DNA of 64,000 nucleotides from an uncultured Candidatus Rokubacteria bacterium (lineage in GTDB: Bacteria; Methylomirabilota; Methylomirabilia; Rokubacteriales; CSP1-6): the NCBI GenBank assembly GCA_963771355.1, contig CAVYTA010000001.1, positions 64,001-128,000 on the forward strand, written 5' to 3'. The notes beneath the pieces are model-generated. The model saw nothing but the letters and a program-made list of their open reading frames with translations. It was not told the origin of the DNA and did no database searches. Below, in pieces: positions 41,585-51,002 of the stretch. A program made the position numbers and the translations under genes. Each line of letters begins with the position of its first letter. Within the stretch, counting starts at the first letter, position 1.

Positions 41585-42723
41585 ACTATCAGCGAATCTC
41601 CGCCGACTGCCACATCGACATGCCGTGGATGCCCCCCGAGCTCTTCACTGCCAATGCCTCGGCCGCGCTGCGCGACCGCATGCCGTACGTCACCGACGGG
41701 CCGGACGGCCCGCGCTGGACGTCGAGGAACGGGGCGGCCTTCGGGCTGGCCGGCGGGGTGGGGCCCTCGGGACAGAAGTACGTCCCCGGCATGCACTATC
41801 GGGCGGACGTGATGGCCTCCACCGGCCTCTACGAGGACGGCAAGAAGGGCATCCGCCGGCCCACGGACCCGGACCTCCGTATCCAGGACATGGAGCGCGA
41901 CGGGGTGCAGGCGGAGGTGATCTTCGGCATCCTGGGGGCGGCCACGCGGCTGGACGACCACGAGGCGGCCGCGGAGATGTTCCGTATCTACAACGACTGG
42001 CTGCTGGACTTCTGCCGCCACTATCCGGATCGCCACATCGGCCTGGCCTGCCTGCCCTATGGCGACATCGGCGCGGCGGTGCGTGAGATCCACCGCGTGG
42101 CCCGGATGGGCCTGCGCGGGCTCGAGCTTTCTTGCTCCTGGGACATGGAGCCCATGTGGCACCCCACCTGGGAGCCGCTCTGGCAGGCGGTGAGCGAGGT
42201 GGGCCTGCCGCTGCACTTCCACACCTTCCCCACCATGCCGCCCGGCGTCCGCGAGAAGGCCACCGGCCTCACCAAGCGCGCCGCCCTCTTCACCAGCGTC
42301 TCGGGCTTCCAGATGAACCTCATCAATATCCTGGCCGCCGTGATCGGGAGCGCGGTGCTCGAGCGCTACCCGCGCCTACGGATCTCCTTCGGCGAGAGCG
42401 GCATCGGCTGGCTGCCCTATGCGCTGGATCGCATGGACTTCGAGTGGGAGGACCGCTTCCGCGACCTCGGTCTGACCATGAGGCCCAGCGATTACTGGAG
42501 GCGGCAGTGCAAGGCCACCTTCCAGTTCGACCGGATCGGCACCCAGCTGGTGCACGAGATCGGCGAGGACACGCTCATGTGGGGCTCGGACTATCCTCAC
42601 GGCGACGGCGTGTGGCCGGAGTCCTCGAAGTACATCGAGGAGCAGTTCGGGCACCTGCCGCCGGCCACCGTGCGGAAGATCGTCTGCGAGAACGCGGGGA
42701 AGTTCTACGGGCTGATTCCATAG
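41581..42723 (+). CDS. Amidohydrolase_2 family protein
   Basis: ISADCH, DMERDGV, YNDW, HFH, MWGSDYPH. Confidence 0.9.
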   Translation: MNYQRISADCHIDMPWMPPELFTANASAALRDRMPYVTDGPDGPRWTSRNGAAFGLAGGVGPSGQKYVPGMHYRADVMASTGLYEDGKKGIRRPTDPDLRIQDMERDGVQAEVIFGILGAATRLDDHEAAAEMFRIYNDWLLDFCRHYPDRHIGLACLPYGDIGAAVREIHRVARMGLRGLELSCSWDMEPMWHPTWEPLWQAVSEVGLPLHFHTFPTMPPGVREKATGLTKRAALFTSVSGFQMNLINILAAVIGSAVLERYPRLRISFGESGIGWLPYALDRMDFEWEDRFRDLGLTMRPSDYWRRQCKATFQFDRIGTQLVHEIGEDTLMWGSDYPHGDGVWPESSKYIEEQFGHLPPATVRKIVCENAGKFYGLIP

Positions 42724-42734
42724 CCGGGAGAGTC

Positions 42735-42878
42735 ATGCGCACGATCGTGATGTCCCTTGCCGTCCTCTCGCTGTGCACCCTGGCCTTCGCCGGATGCATG
42801 ACCATGTCCGACGAGGAGCGCTGCAAGAAGGAAGGCGGCGTCTGGAACAACAGGATGTGCGAGCGGCAGGCGAGGTAA
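42735..42878 (+). CDS. Small lipoprotein (47 aa)
   Basis: RBS ggag. Lipobox-like FAGC followed by CKKEGGVWNNRMC. Confidence 0.65.
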   Translation: MRTIVMSLAVLSLCTLAFAGCMTMSDEERCKKEGGVWNNRMCERQAR

Positions 42879-42922
42879 CGACATCGCGCGGGGTGACGCT
42901 GCGTCGCGCGAGGGTCGCGCCG

Positions 42923-43360
42923 CTAGCGGGGCGGAGGCGGCGGCGGGGCCGGCGGATTCGGGATCCACACCCACTGGTAGGCGGTGTGGACGCCATCCCC
43001 GCGGAGCTCGTACCGCCCGTGCTGATACCGCACGACCTGCGGAGCAGCGGGCGCGGCATTCGCCCGGCCCGAGTAGACCGGCGACGGGGAGTAGGCCGGC
43101 GCGGGCGCGTAATAAGGCGGCGGGGACGAGTAGTAGACGGGCGCGGGCGCGTAGACGGGCGCCGGGGCGACGACGACCGCGGGCCGAGGAACGGTGTGGG
43201 CTAGCACTTCTCCCGCGATGATCAGCGGGGCAAAGAGGGCGAACGCGGCCAGGCCGATCACGCCCGCCCCGTGTCCGTGGCGGCCTCCGGCCTGAGCTGC
43301 GGGCGCGGCGATCGCGACGAGGACGGTAGCAACGAGCAGAGCCGCGACGATTCGCCTCAT
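42923..43360 (-). CDS. Secreted Pro/Tyr-rich (PXPV-like) protein
   Basis: RBS ggagg, signal peptide ending AQA, and APAPVY repeats. Confidence 0.75.
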   Translation of the reverse strand: MRRIVAALLVATVLVAIAAPAAQAGGRHGHGAGVIGLAAFALFAPLIIAGEVLAHTVPRPAVVVAPAPVYAPAPVYYSSPPPYYAPAPAYSPSPVYSGRANAAPAAPQVVRYQHGRYELRGDGVHTAYQWVWIPNPPAPPPPPPR

Positions 43361-43418
43361 GGTGACCCTCCCACGGGATGCGAACTGGCCTTCATCTACC
43401 CATCGCGACGGAGGCCTG

Positions 43419-44294
43419 TCAAGTGGCGGCGCGTAGGGCTCGGGCCTCGGCGAAGAGCAGGTCGCGGTCGCCCTGGGGTACCGGGTAGCGCGAATAGCCC
43501 GTCGCCGTCCGGGCCCGGGCCAGCGCGAGGGCCTCGGACTCGAAGAACAGCGCGACGGCGGCAAGGTCCTCCTGGATCTCCGCGCGGCGCGCCGTCGCTC
43601 CGGGGTGCTCCAGCAGCTCGAGCGCCAGTGACTCGAGGGCCTCACGCGAGGCACCCCGAAGAAGCGCGCTCCACCCGGTCGATGCCTCCACCGGTAGCCG
43701 GCGGAAACCGATGACCGTTGAATAAACGGCGGCCGCGGCGCTTGAATAAACAGCGGCCGCGGCGCTCGAGTAGGCGGCCTCGCCGATGATTCGTTGGCGC
43801 GCGCGCGGTATCGGATGACCGACGAAGCGGAGAAGGCGGGCGAGAGCATGGAACGCCTCGCCGGTCGCGTCTCGGGATCGGAAGGCGCCGTGGAGCTCGA
43901 ACGACGGGAAGGCCTCTGGCCCGGTGGTCAGGCAGAAGAAGGTCTCGCGCCCGTCGACTCGGATCCCGATATAGGGGTAGAGGAACGGGAACGCGCTCGC
44001 CACATTGCGCCGGGGCCGCAGCGTCTGGATGAGCCGGATCTCGGTCAGCGATGCCGCCAGGTCCGACGCGCAGACCTCCCACGTGATCGTCGCCGCGGCC
44101 TTCACGAGCGCGCGGCGCTTGCGCTCGTTCTTCTTGCGCCCCGCGGTCCGATACTGCGCCAGGCGGCGGCGCAGGCTCCCGGCCTTGCCCACATAGAGGA
44201 GGGCGCCCGCCGCGTCGAGGAAGCGGTAGACACCGGGCGCGGTCGGCACTCCGGCCAGGAAGTCGACGCCGAACCTCTGGTCGAAGAGCCGCAC
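43419..44294 (-). CDS. GIY-YIG nuclease (UvrC N-terminal-like)
   Basis: PTAPGVYRF...LLYVGKAGSLRRRL..Y, E.RLIQ..RP..N. Confidence 0.85.
   Translation of the reverse strand: MRLFDQRFGVDFLAGVPTAPGVYRFLDAAGALLYVGKAGSLRRRLAQYRTAGRKKNERKRRALVKAAATITWEVCASDLAASLTEIRLIQTLRPRRNVASAFPFLYPYIGIRVDGRETFFCLTTGPEAFPSFELHGAFRSRDATGEAFHALARLLRFVGHPIPRARQRIIGEAAYSSAAAAVYSSAAAAVYSTVIGFRRLPVEASTGWSALLRGASREALESLALELLEHPGATARRAEIQEDLAAVALFFESEALALARARTATGYSRYPVPQGDRDLLFAEARALRAAT
43718..43779. repeat. In-frame 24-bp tandem repeat inside the GIY-YIG gene
   Basis: ttgaataaac(g/a)gcggccgcggcgc twice plus a degenerate copy. Encodes AYSSAAAAVYSSAAAAVYST. Confidence 0.85.
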
Positions 44295-44449
44295 GGGCGC
44301 ATCGTCTCAGCCAGGCGCGCCCTCGCGAAGCTTTTCTGCCGGGCAATGCCGCACCGGTCAGGGAGGGGCCGCGACTTCCGCCTGCCCTCACGGAGCAAAA
44401 GCGATCGCGCCGGCAGGGAGATAGCGACGACTTCGAACTCCGGCGGTCC

Positions 44450-44465
44450 TGGCAGCGCGGTTGCA
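44450..44465 (+). promoter_or_regulatory. sigma-54 promoter
   Basis: TGGCAGCGCGGTTGCA (GG-N10-GC), 33 nt before ATG 44499. Confidence 0.7.
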
Positions 44466-44498
44466 ATACTCACTCCCGAGCACAAGGAGGACTCTCCC

Positions 44499-44717
44499 AT
44501 GGCAAGCCGAGCGAAGACCGCGCGCCGCAAGACCACGAGCTCGACCCGTTCCGCCAAGGCTGGCCGGCCGCCCAAGGAGCCGGTGCTCCCGCCACGGGTG
44601 CGACGCCGTCAGAAGTCCGCGACCGCGGCGGTCAACAAGGGAACCACGCTACAACAGGCCGCCGAGGGGCCTCGGGCCGCCTGGCCCGCCAGCCGGCCGA
44701 TGTTCAAGAAGGGCTAG
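44499..44717 (+). CDS. Small highly basic protein (72 aa)
   Basis: RBS aaggagg. Lys/Arg/Ala/Thr-rich sequence MASRAKTARRKTT...MFKKG. Confidence 0.7.
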   Translation: MASRAKTARRKTTSSTRSAKAGRPPKEPVLPPRVRRRQKSATAAVNKGTTLQQAAEGPRAAWPASRPMFKKG

Positions 44718-44783
44718 CCGTCGTTCGGGCGCGTCCCGTCGGGGCGGGGCGCGAGAGCTTGTGGATGGCGGTATGATCCCCGC

Positions 44784-46280
44784 ATGCGGGTGCTCCTGCT
44801 GGCCATGCCCGACTCCTTCGAGCACATGGCGACGGTCGCCATCCGGATGCCCAATGGCGCCCTGACCTCCCTGGCCGGCAACGTGGATGCCCACCATTCG
44901 GTGGCCGTCGCCGACCTCGTGCTGGTCCAGTCTCGTGTTCGGGCGGTGGTGGAGCGGCTCGTGCGCGAGCAGGCGCCGGACGTGGTGGGGCTCTCGGTGA
45001 TGACCTTCCAGCGCCACACCGCCCAGCGTCTCATCGAGCTGGTGCGCGCGCTCCGTCCGGGCGTCCGGATCGTGGTCGGCGGGTACGACCCCAGCCTGGC
45101 GCCGGAGGCCTATACCCGGCCCGGTCCCGGCGCCGCCGACTTCATCGTGCGCGGGGAAGGCGAGCTGACCTTCCGGGCGCTGCTCCGCGCCCTGGAGCGG
45201 GACACCGCCTTCGACGCGATTCCGGGACTGACCTTCAGAGTCGGAGATCTCGTCGTCGAGAACCCCGCGCGCCCCGTGAGCGGCCTCGAGGACGGCGCCA
45301 TCGCGCTGCCCAACCGCGCCGCGCGCGTGCTGCACGGCTTCACCATGGTCGGCCGTCAGGTGGACGTGGTCGAGACCTCGCGCGGCTGTACCTTCGACTG
45401 CAGCTTCTGCTCCATCATCGAGATGCGGGGGCGGAACTTCCATTCCTACGGGTTCGAGCGCGTGCTGGCCGACATCCGCGACGCGCGGGCCCATGGCGCG
45501 CGGTCCATCTTCATCGTGGACGACAACATCACGCTCGACGTGCGACGGTTCGAGGCGCTGTGCCGGGCGATCGTGGACGCGGGCCTGTCGGACCTCGAGT
45601 ACCTCGTGCAGGCCATGACCTCGGCCATCGCCAACCACGGCCACACCCTGGCGCCGCTGATGCGGCGGGCCGGGTTCCGGTGGGTCTTCCTGGGGATCGA
45701 GAACATCCTCGAGGAGGACCTCGCCTTCCTGCGGGCGAGCGCCAAGAACCGCGCGCGCGAGGGTGGCGCGCCGGCGGGCAACGCCGCGGTGCGGGCCATC
45801 GAGCTCCTGCACCGGCACGGCATGCTGGTGGTCGGCGGGCTCATCGTCGGCAACCCCACCGACACGCGCGAATCGATCGAGGCGAACCTCGAGTTCGCGC
45901 GGCGCTACGTGGACTACCCGTACATCCAGCACCCCACGCCCTATCCCCGCACGCCCATGACGCGGGAGTTCCGCGCCCGCGGCCTGATCATCAACGAGCG
46001 TCTGGACGAGTACGACGGCACCACCGCGGTGGTCCGCAGCGAGCACCTGGACGCCGAGGAGATCGAGTTCATGCGGTGGCGCGCCGAGCGGTGGATGAAG
46101 CTGCGCCACCTGCCGAAGGCCCTGGTCCGCCGACCGTGGTTCGCGCTCCGGTATGGCGGGAAGATGTTCGCCCACACCTTCCGGGGCAGCACGCTCAAGT
46201 CCCTGCTGGGGCTGGAGGACGAGCGCCGGGCGTTCGCCCGCTATCGCGCCATCCGGGCGCGCGAGCGAACCTACCTCTGA
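44784..46280 (+). CDS. Cobalamin-binding radical SAM protein
   Basis: B12-binding-like PDVVGLS..IVVGG, SRGCTFDCSFC (CxxxCxxC), VDDNI, TPYPRT. Confidence 0.92.
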   Translation: MRVLLLAMPDSFEHMATVAIRMPNGALTSLAGNVDAHHSVAVADLVLVQSRVRAVVERLVREQAPDVVGLSVMTFQRHTAQRLIELVRALRPGVRIVVGGYDPSLAPEAYTRPGPGAADFIVRGEGELTFRALLRALERDTAFDAIPGLTFRVGDLVVENPARPVSGLEDGAIALPNRAARVLHGFTMVGRQVDVVETSRGCTFDCSFCSIIEMRGRNFHSYGFERVLADIRDARAHGARSIFIVDDNITLDVRRFEALCRAIVDAGLSDLEYLVQAMTSAIANHGHTLAPLMRRAGFRWVFLGIENILEEDLAFLRASAKNRAREGGAPAGNAAVRAIELLHRHGMLVVGGLIVGNPTDTRESIEANLEFARRYVDYPYIQHPTPYPRTPMTREFRARGLIINERLDEYDGTTAVVRSEHLDAEEIEFMRWRAERWMKLRHLPKALVRRPWFALRYGGKMFAHTFRGSTLKSLLGLEDERRAFARYRAIRARERTYL

Positions 46281-46302
46281 GGCCGAGTCGGGCCGCTGAA
46301 CC

Positions 46303-46409
46303 CGGGGCGCGGGCGCCCCATTCCCGAGGCCGGCGCGGGACAGCGGGGGTAAGCGCGGGCGTGTAACTTTGCGCTTTCCTTGAGGCGTCCACCTGGCACT
46401 CCCGTTGCA
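46303..46409 (+). promoter_or_regulatory. Palindromic enhancer (46303-46320) plus sigma-54 promoter (46394-46409)
   Basis: cggggcgcgggcgcccca lies 91 bp before TGGCACTCCCGTTGCA. Confidence 0.75.
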
Positions 46410-46511
46410 CTCGCTCCAGTCCAGCTTCCGGAGCACGCGTTGAAAAGGGGAGACCGTGCGATTGAAGAGCCGCTGAGCCGAGTCGCGATTGCGGTGGGCA
46501 CAGAAGATGAG

Positions 46512-47081
46512 ATGGGCGGCACCAGCGCGTATCCGGCCGACTTGGCGCGCGAGGTGACGTGCCGAGACGGCACCCGCGTACGCCTGCGGCCCATCCGACC
46601 CGAGGATGCGCCGCGGCTCCAGGCGTTGCATGCGCGACTCAGCCGGGAGACGATCTACCAGCGCTTCTTTGGCGCCACGCCGCGACTTCCGACGCCCTGG
46701 GCCCGCTTCCTGGCCGAGGTGGACTATCGCGGGCGCCTGGCCCTGGTCCTCGAGCGGGGGCCGGCCACTGACCCCGAGCTGATCGGGGTTGGCCGCTACG
46801 AGCCGACCACCGAGCCGGGCACGGCCGAGGTCGCGTTCGTCATCGAGGACCGGTGGCAGGGCAAGGGGCTCGGCACCGTGCTCTTCACCGCGCTTCTCAC
46901 CGCCGCGCGGGAGCGCGGGATCCGCCGCTTCCGGGCCGACGTGCTCGCCGACAACCGACGCATGCTCGACCTCATCACGCGGTTCACATGCGTGGACTCA
47001 CGCGAAACCCGGGACGCGATCACGAGTCTGGTATTCTCTCTCCCGCCGGCCGGACCGACCACCCGCACGAAGGAGGCATGA
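46512..47081 (+). CDS. GNAT acetyltransferase (stand-alone Pat/PatZ-type GNAT domain)
   Basis: RLRPIRPED, LSRETIYQRFF, VDY, AEVAFVIEDRWQGKGLG, VLADNRRML. Confidence 0.88.
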   Translation: MGGTSAYPADLAREVTCRDGTRVRLRPIRPEDAPRLQALHARLSRETIYQRFFGATPRLPTPWARFLAEVDYRGRLALVLERGPATDPELIGVGRYEPTTEPGTAEVAFVIEDRWQGKGLGTVLFTALLTAARERGIRRFRADVLADNRRMLDLITRFTCVDSRETRDAITSLVFSLPPAGPTTRTKEA

Positions 47082-47959
47082 TGGCAGGGCGCACGAGCTT
47101 CGAGGTTGTGATCGGCACGGATGGCTCCGCCTCCGGGCGCGCCGCCGTGGATGCCGCTGCGCACTTTCCCTGGCCCGCCGGCGCCGGCGCGGTGCTTGTG
47201 GTGGCGAGCCGGGGCGTGCTCGAGTGGTCGCCGGCGGCACGGGCGCTGGCGCAAGGCGCGGCGCAGCGAGTGGGAGCACGCGCGCTCCGGGCGCTCCGTC
47301 GGCGGTGGCCGACAGCCCAGGCGCGGTACCCCTTGCAGTCTCCGAGCGGCGCGCTCCTCGCCGCTGCGCGGTCCGGCCGGGGTGGCGCCATCGTGGTGGG
47401 ATCCGGAGGGCGTGGCGTGCTCGGGCGGCTACTGCTCGGCAGCGTGTCGCGGCAGGTGGTCCAGGCGGCCGCTTGCCCGGTGCTCGTCGTCAAGGGCCGT
47501 TTGAGGCGGGCGCGCCGCTTCACCATCGGGGTGGACGGCTCGGCCAATTCCCGGCGCGCGGCCGCGATGGTGGCGCGCCTGTCCATCCCCCCGGGGGGGC
47601 GGGTGACCTTGGTCTCCGTGATCGAGCCGATTCGCGTTCCCTCCGGAGCCCTGATGCCCGCGCGCATCGGCGGCACGTTGCGCGCGGAGGCGGCGCGCCT
47701 CACCGCCGAGCGGCGGCGGAAGATGGAAAGGGCCCAGCGGCAGCTGCGGATCCGGCTTCGCCGGGCCGGCTGGAAGGTGCGGGAGGTGGTCCGCGTCGCC
47801 ACGCCCCTGGAGGGGTTGCTCGACGCGGCGAATGCCAGCCGGACCGATGTACTCGTCATCGGGGCCCGCGGCACCGGCGGTGTCTCGCGGCTGCTGCTGG
47901 GCAGTGTCGCGGAAGGGGCCATGACCAGGGCACCGATGTCGGTCCTGGTGGTCCGCTAG
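47078..47959 (+). CDS. Tandem universal stress protein
   Basis: Two USP domains: GTDGS...GSGGRG..LLLGSVS and GVDGS...GARGTG..LLLGSVA. Confidence 0.92.
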   Translation: MMAGRTSFEVVIGTDGSASGRAAVDAAAHFPWPAGAGAVLVVASRGVLEWSPAARALAQGAAQRVGARALRALRRRWPTAQARYPLQSPSGALLAAARSGRGGAIVVGSGGRGVLGRLLLGSVSRQVVQAAACPVLVVKGRLRRARRFTIGVDGSANSRRAAAMVARLSIPPGGRVTLVSVIEPIRVPSGALMPARIGGTLRAEAARLTAERRRKMERAQRQLRIRLRRAGWKVREVVRVATPLEGLLDAANASRTDVLVIGARGTGGVSRLLLGSVAEGAMTRAPMSVLVVR

Positions 47960-48071
47960 ACCAGCGCGGCCTCGACGCACCCCAAGTTTTAGAATTCCGT
48001 CCCCTCGCGGCACGGCTACAATCTTTGCGTGGGGGCGCCCGTGACTTGGGCGCCGGAGGGACGAGGCGGGC

Positions 48072-49478
48072 ATGAGCGACCAACGGGTGCTGATCGTCGA
48101 CGACGAGCCGGATATGGTCGAGAACTGCGCGCGTATCCTGGCGCGTGCGGGCTACCAGTGCCTGACCACGACCGATCCCGAGCACGCCCTGGGCCTCGTG
48201 GAGTCCGAGCACCCCGACCTCCTGATCACCGACCTCAAGATGCCGGGGCTCGACGGGATGGAGCTGATCCGCCGCGCCCGGCAACTGGATCCGGCGCTGC
48301 CGATCATCGTCATCACCGCCTTCGCCACCATCGAGTCGGCGGTGGCCGCCATCAAGGAAGGCGCCTTCGACTACTTGCCCAAGACTTTCTCGGTGGACCA
48401 GCTCCGGGTGGCGACCGACCGTGCCCTGGGGCACCGGACGCTGCAGCTCGAGAACCGGAACCTCCGCGCGCAGCTCCGTGGGACCTTCGGGTTCGAGAAC
48501 TTCATTGGCCGGAGCCCCGAGATGTCCGAGGTCTTCGAGCTGGTGCGCAAAGCCGGTCGCTCGGAGGCCAATATCCTGGTCCAGGGAGAGTCGGGCACGG
48601 GCAAGGAGCTGGTCGCCCGCGCCGTGCACGCCAATAGCCCCCGGGTGGCCGAGCCGTTCATCGCGGTGGACTGCGCGTCCCTGCCCGAGCACCTCCTCGA
48701 GTCTGAGCTCTTCGGGCACGAGAAGGGGGCGTTCACGGGCGCGGTGAAGAGCAAGCCCGGCCTGATGGAGACGGCCAACCGGGGCACGCTCTTCCTGGAC
48801 GAGATCGCCGAGCTGCCGGTGAGCCTCCAGGTGAAGCTGCTGCGGTCGCTCCAGGAGCGGCAGGTGCGGCGCGTCGGCGGCACCACCCTCATCCGGTGCG
48901 ACGTGCGCATCGTGTCCGCGACCAATCGGGACCTGCGCGACCTGGTGGCCAAAGGGCAGTTTCGCGAGGAGCTCTTCTATCGGGTCAACGTGATCGCGAT
49001 CCAGCTCCCGCCGCTGCGCGAGCGGGCGGGCGACGTGCCGCTGCTCGCGCAGGCCTTCCTCAAGCGCTACCGCCAGCGCGACATCCAGGGATTTGACGAG
49101 GGCGCCATGGCCGCGCTCGAGCGCTATCCGTGGCCGGGCAATGTCCGCGAGCTGCAGAACATCGTCGAGCGCGCGTGCGCGCTGGCGGAGGGCGATCGCA
49201 TTACGCGCGCGGACTTGCCGGTCTACTTGCTCGAGCGGGCCTCGCCCGCTGCCGCGTCGCGTGGCTCACCCGCCCTCCCCGCGCGCGATGGGGCGGGCGC
49301 CTCGGGGCCGCCGCCGACCCTCCGGGAGGCCAAGCAGCGCTGGCTCCAGGATCTCGAGGGCGCCTATCTTCGCGACCTCCTGGCTCAGCATGGCGGGAAT
49401 ATCTCCGCCGCGGCAAAGATCGCCGGCATCGACCGGAAGACATTTCACCGGTTGCTCAGCCGATACGGAGTCCGCTAG
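48072..49478 (+). CDS. sigma-54-dependent response regulator (NtrC/AtoC family)
   Basis: REC domain (VDDE, TDLKMPG), GESGTGKE, GAFTGA, WPGNVREL and HTH. Confidence 0.95.
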   Translation: MSDQRVLIVDDEPDMVENCARILARAGYQCLTTTDPEHALGLVESEHPDLLITDLKMPGLDGMELIRRARQLDPALPIIVITAFATIESAVAAIKEGAFDYLPKTFSVDQLRVATDRALGHRTLQLENRNLRAQLRGTFGFENFIGRSPEMSEVFELVRKAGRSEANILVQGESGTGKELVARAVHANSPRVAEPFIAVDCASLPEHLLESELFGHEKGAFTGAVKSKPGLMETANRGTLFLDEIAELPVSLQVKLLRSLQERQVRRVGGTTLIRCDVRIVSATNRDLRDLVAKGQFREELFYRVNVIAIQLPPLRERAGDVPLLAQAFLKRYRQRDIQGFDEGAMAALERYPWPGNVRELQNIVERACALAEGDRITRADLPVYLLERASPAAASRGSPALPARDGAGASGPPPTLREAKQRWLQDLEGAYLRDLLAQHGGNISAAAKIAGIDRKTFHRLLSRYGVR

Positions 49479-50164
49479 CTGCGCCTGGCGCGCTCGGAAG
49501 GTTGGACAGGCGGGCGTTCGGCGCGCCGTTTCAGGTTCCCGAACTGGCGCGTCTGCATGACCCAGTGCGCGGGCTCCCAGAAGAGCAGATCCGCGATCAC
49601 CTGCAGGAACCGCGGACGAGCGGAGGCGTAACCGCTGACCACAAGCCGCGTACGCCCTTCGGGCAATTCTTTCAGCTGGAACCCCCACAATGCATCGACA
49701 TAGAAGTGGGGCCGCGATCCTGCAGTGTCGAAGGGGCGCCCGCTGCGCAGATTGATCGGCGCTCGCAATCCAAGGAAGCGCTCCGCGTCGAGCGCCGCGA
49801 CCTCGAACCAGGCGCCGCCGCTCGGGGTTGATGCCAGGCGATCCCCCACCGACAAGTTCTGCCATTCGGGGTGGATCTGCTCGGCGCTCGGCACGCCACC
49901 GTTGTCGAGGCGGTCCCAGCTGTACCAGCCGGCCCGATCGCAGCCCATCTGCATGAGCCATGGCCACACTCGCGACGGTGGGACGTCGATCGTCACGGCC
50001 ATCGTCGCGCCGCGCCGCCCGCCGGGAATCAGATCGCCGCCGGGATACGACTGTCGCACTTCCTCGTCTGAGGCGCCCCAGCGAAGTATGCGAGGCCGTA
50101 CGGCCAGCGCGTAGACTCCTGCCGAGAGAGCGAGCATCGCGACGAGCCGACGAGCGGGTGTCAT
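49475..50164 (-). CDS. SRPBCC-like hypothetical protein
   Basis: WGASDEE, AVTIDVPPSRVWPWLMQMG.DRAGWYSWD. RBS ggagg. Confidence 0.75.
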   Translation of the reverse strand: MTPARRLVAMLALSAGVYALAVRPRILRWGASDEEVRQSYPGGDLIPGGRRGATMAVTIDVPPSRVWPWLMQMGCDRAGWYSWDRLDNGGVPSAEQIHPEWQNLSVGDRLASTPSGGAWFEVAALDAERFLGLRAPINLRSGRPFDTAGSRPHFYVDALWGFQLKELPEGRTRLVVSGYASARPRFLQVIADLLFWEPAHWVMQTRQFGNLKRRAERPPVQPSERARRS

Positions 50165-50338
50165 GGTCGCTGCCTCCTGTCCAAGAGTAGCTCCTCGCCC
50201 CGCTGCGCGGGATCGAGCTCACTGAGGGCGTCGTCCTCATCGCCAAGGTAGGCGGCCTTGCACATTTGAGAAGGATGTCCATGGTATCGGCGAGTTGGAG
50301 TTTTCGGCCCTCCGTGGCAAGCTGCCACCGGCCCCCAA

Positions 50339-50857
50339 ATGCCTAGCCCCGCGACACTCCTGTTTCGCGTTGCTCAACTCCTCTACTTCATGGCGCCAGC
50401 GTACATCGCCAACATGGCTCCACCCTTTGTCCGATACTGGAACGGATGGAATCGTCCCATCAGTCAGCGCTGGCTCGGTAACCACAAGACCGTCATGGGC
50501 TTCGGGTTTGGCGTGCTGGCGGCGGTGGTGGTCACGTTTGTCCAGTCGCGCGTTGCCTGGGAGGGAGCTCTCGTCTCCTCTGGTCACTGGACCGCGCTTG
50601 GACTGCGCTTTGGTGTCGGCGCCATGGCTGGCGACAGTGCGAAGAGTTTCGTGAAGCGGCGCGTCGGGATTGCTCCGGGCAAGTCCTGGATCCCCTGGGA
50701 CCAATTGGACTTTGTGCTGGGCGCGCTCATATTCACTTGGGGGTGCTCCCCATTGTCATGGCCCGATCTAGCAACAATTCTGCTCCTCAGCACGGGAGGG
50801 CATATTCTCATCAATCATCTCGGCTACTGGATCGGGATACGAGACGTGAAATGGTAG
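50339..50857 (+). CDS. CDP-archaeol synthase (CarS/DUF46)-like cytidylyltransferase
   Basis: PAYIANMAP, LGNHKT..G, GAMAGDSAKSFVKRR.GI.PG, DQLDF and a C-terminal GIRDVKW. Confidence 0.8.
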   Translation: MPSPATLLFRVAQLLYFMAPAYIANMAPPFVRYWNGWNRPISQRWLGNHKTVMGFGFGVLAAVVVTFVQSRVAWEGALVSSGHWTALGLRFGVGAMAGDSAKSFVKRRVGIAPGKSWIPWDQLDFVLGALIFTWGCSPLSWPDLATILLLSTGGHILINHLGYWIGIRDVKW

Positions 50858-51002
50858 TGCTGATCCTTGGGGCGAGATCAATCGCAACGACTTCGAGGTC
50901 AGAAGACGTGATCTCGCCGGGTGAGATGACCACGATGAAACCAACGACCGGGATGAAAAGGTCAAACGGTGGCGAACTCGGCGGAGCGCTGGTGGCGCTC
51001 TA

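Noticed and set aside
44499..46280. Basic peptide plus B12 radical SAM as a RiPP pair
   Set aside because: There is no leader/core pattern, RRE, protease or transporter. Adjacency alone is not enough.
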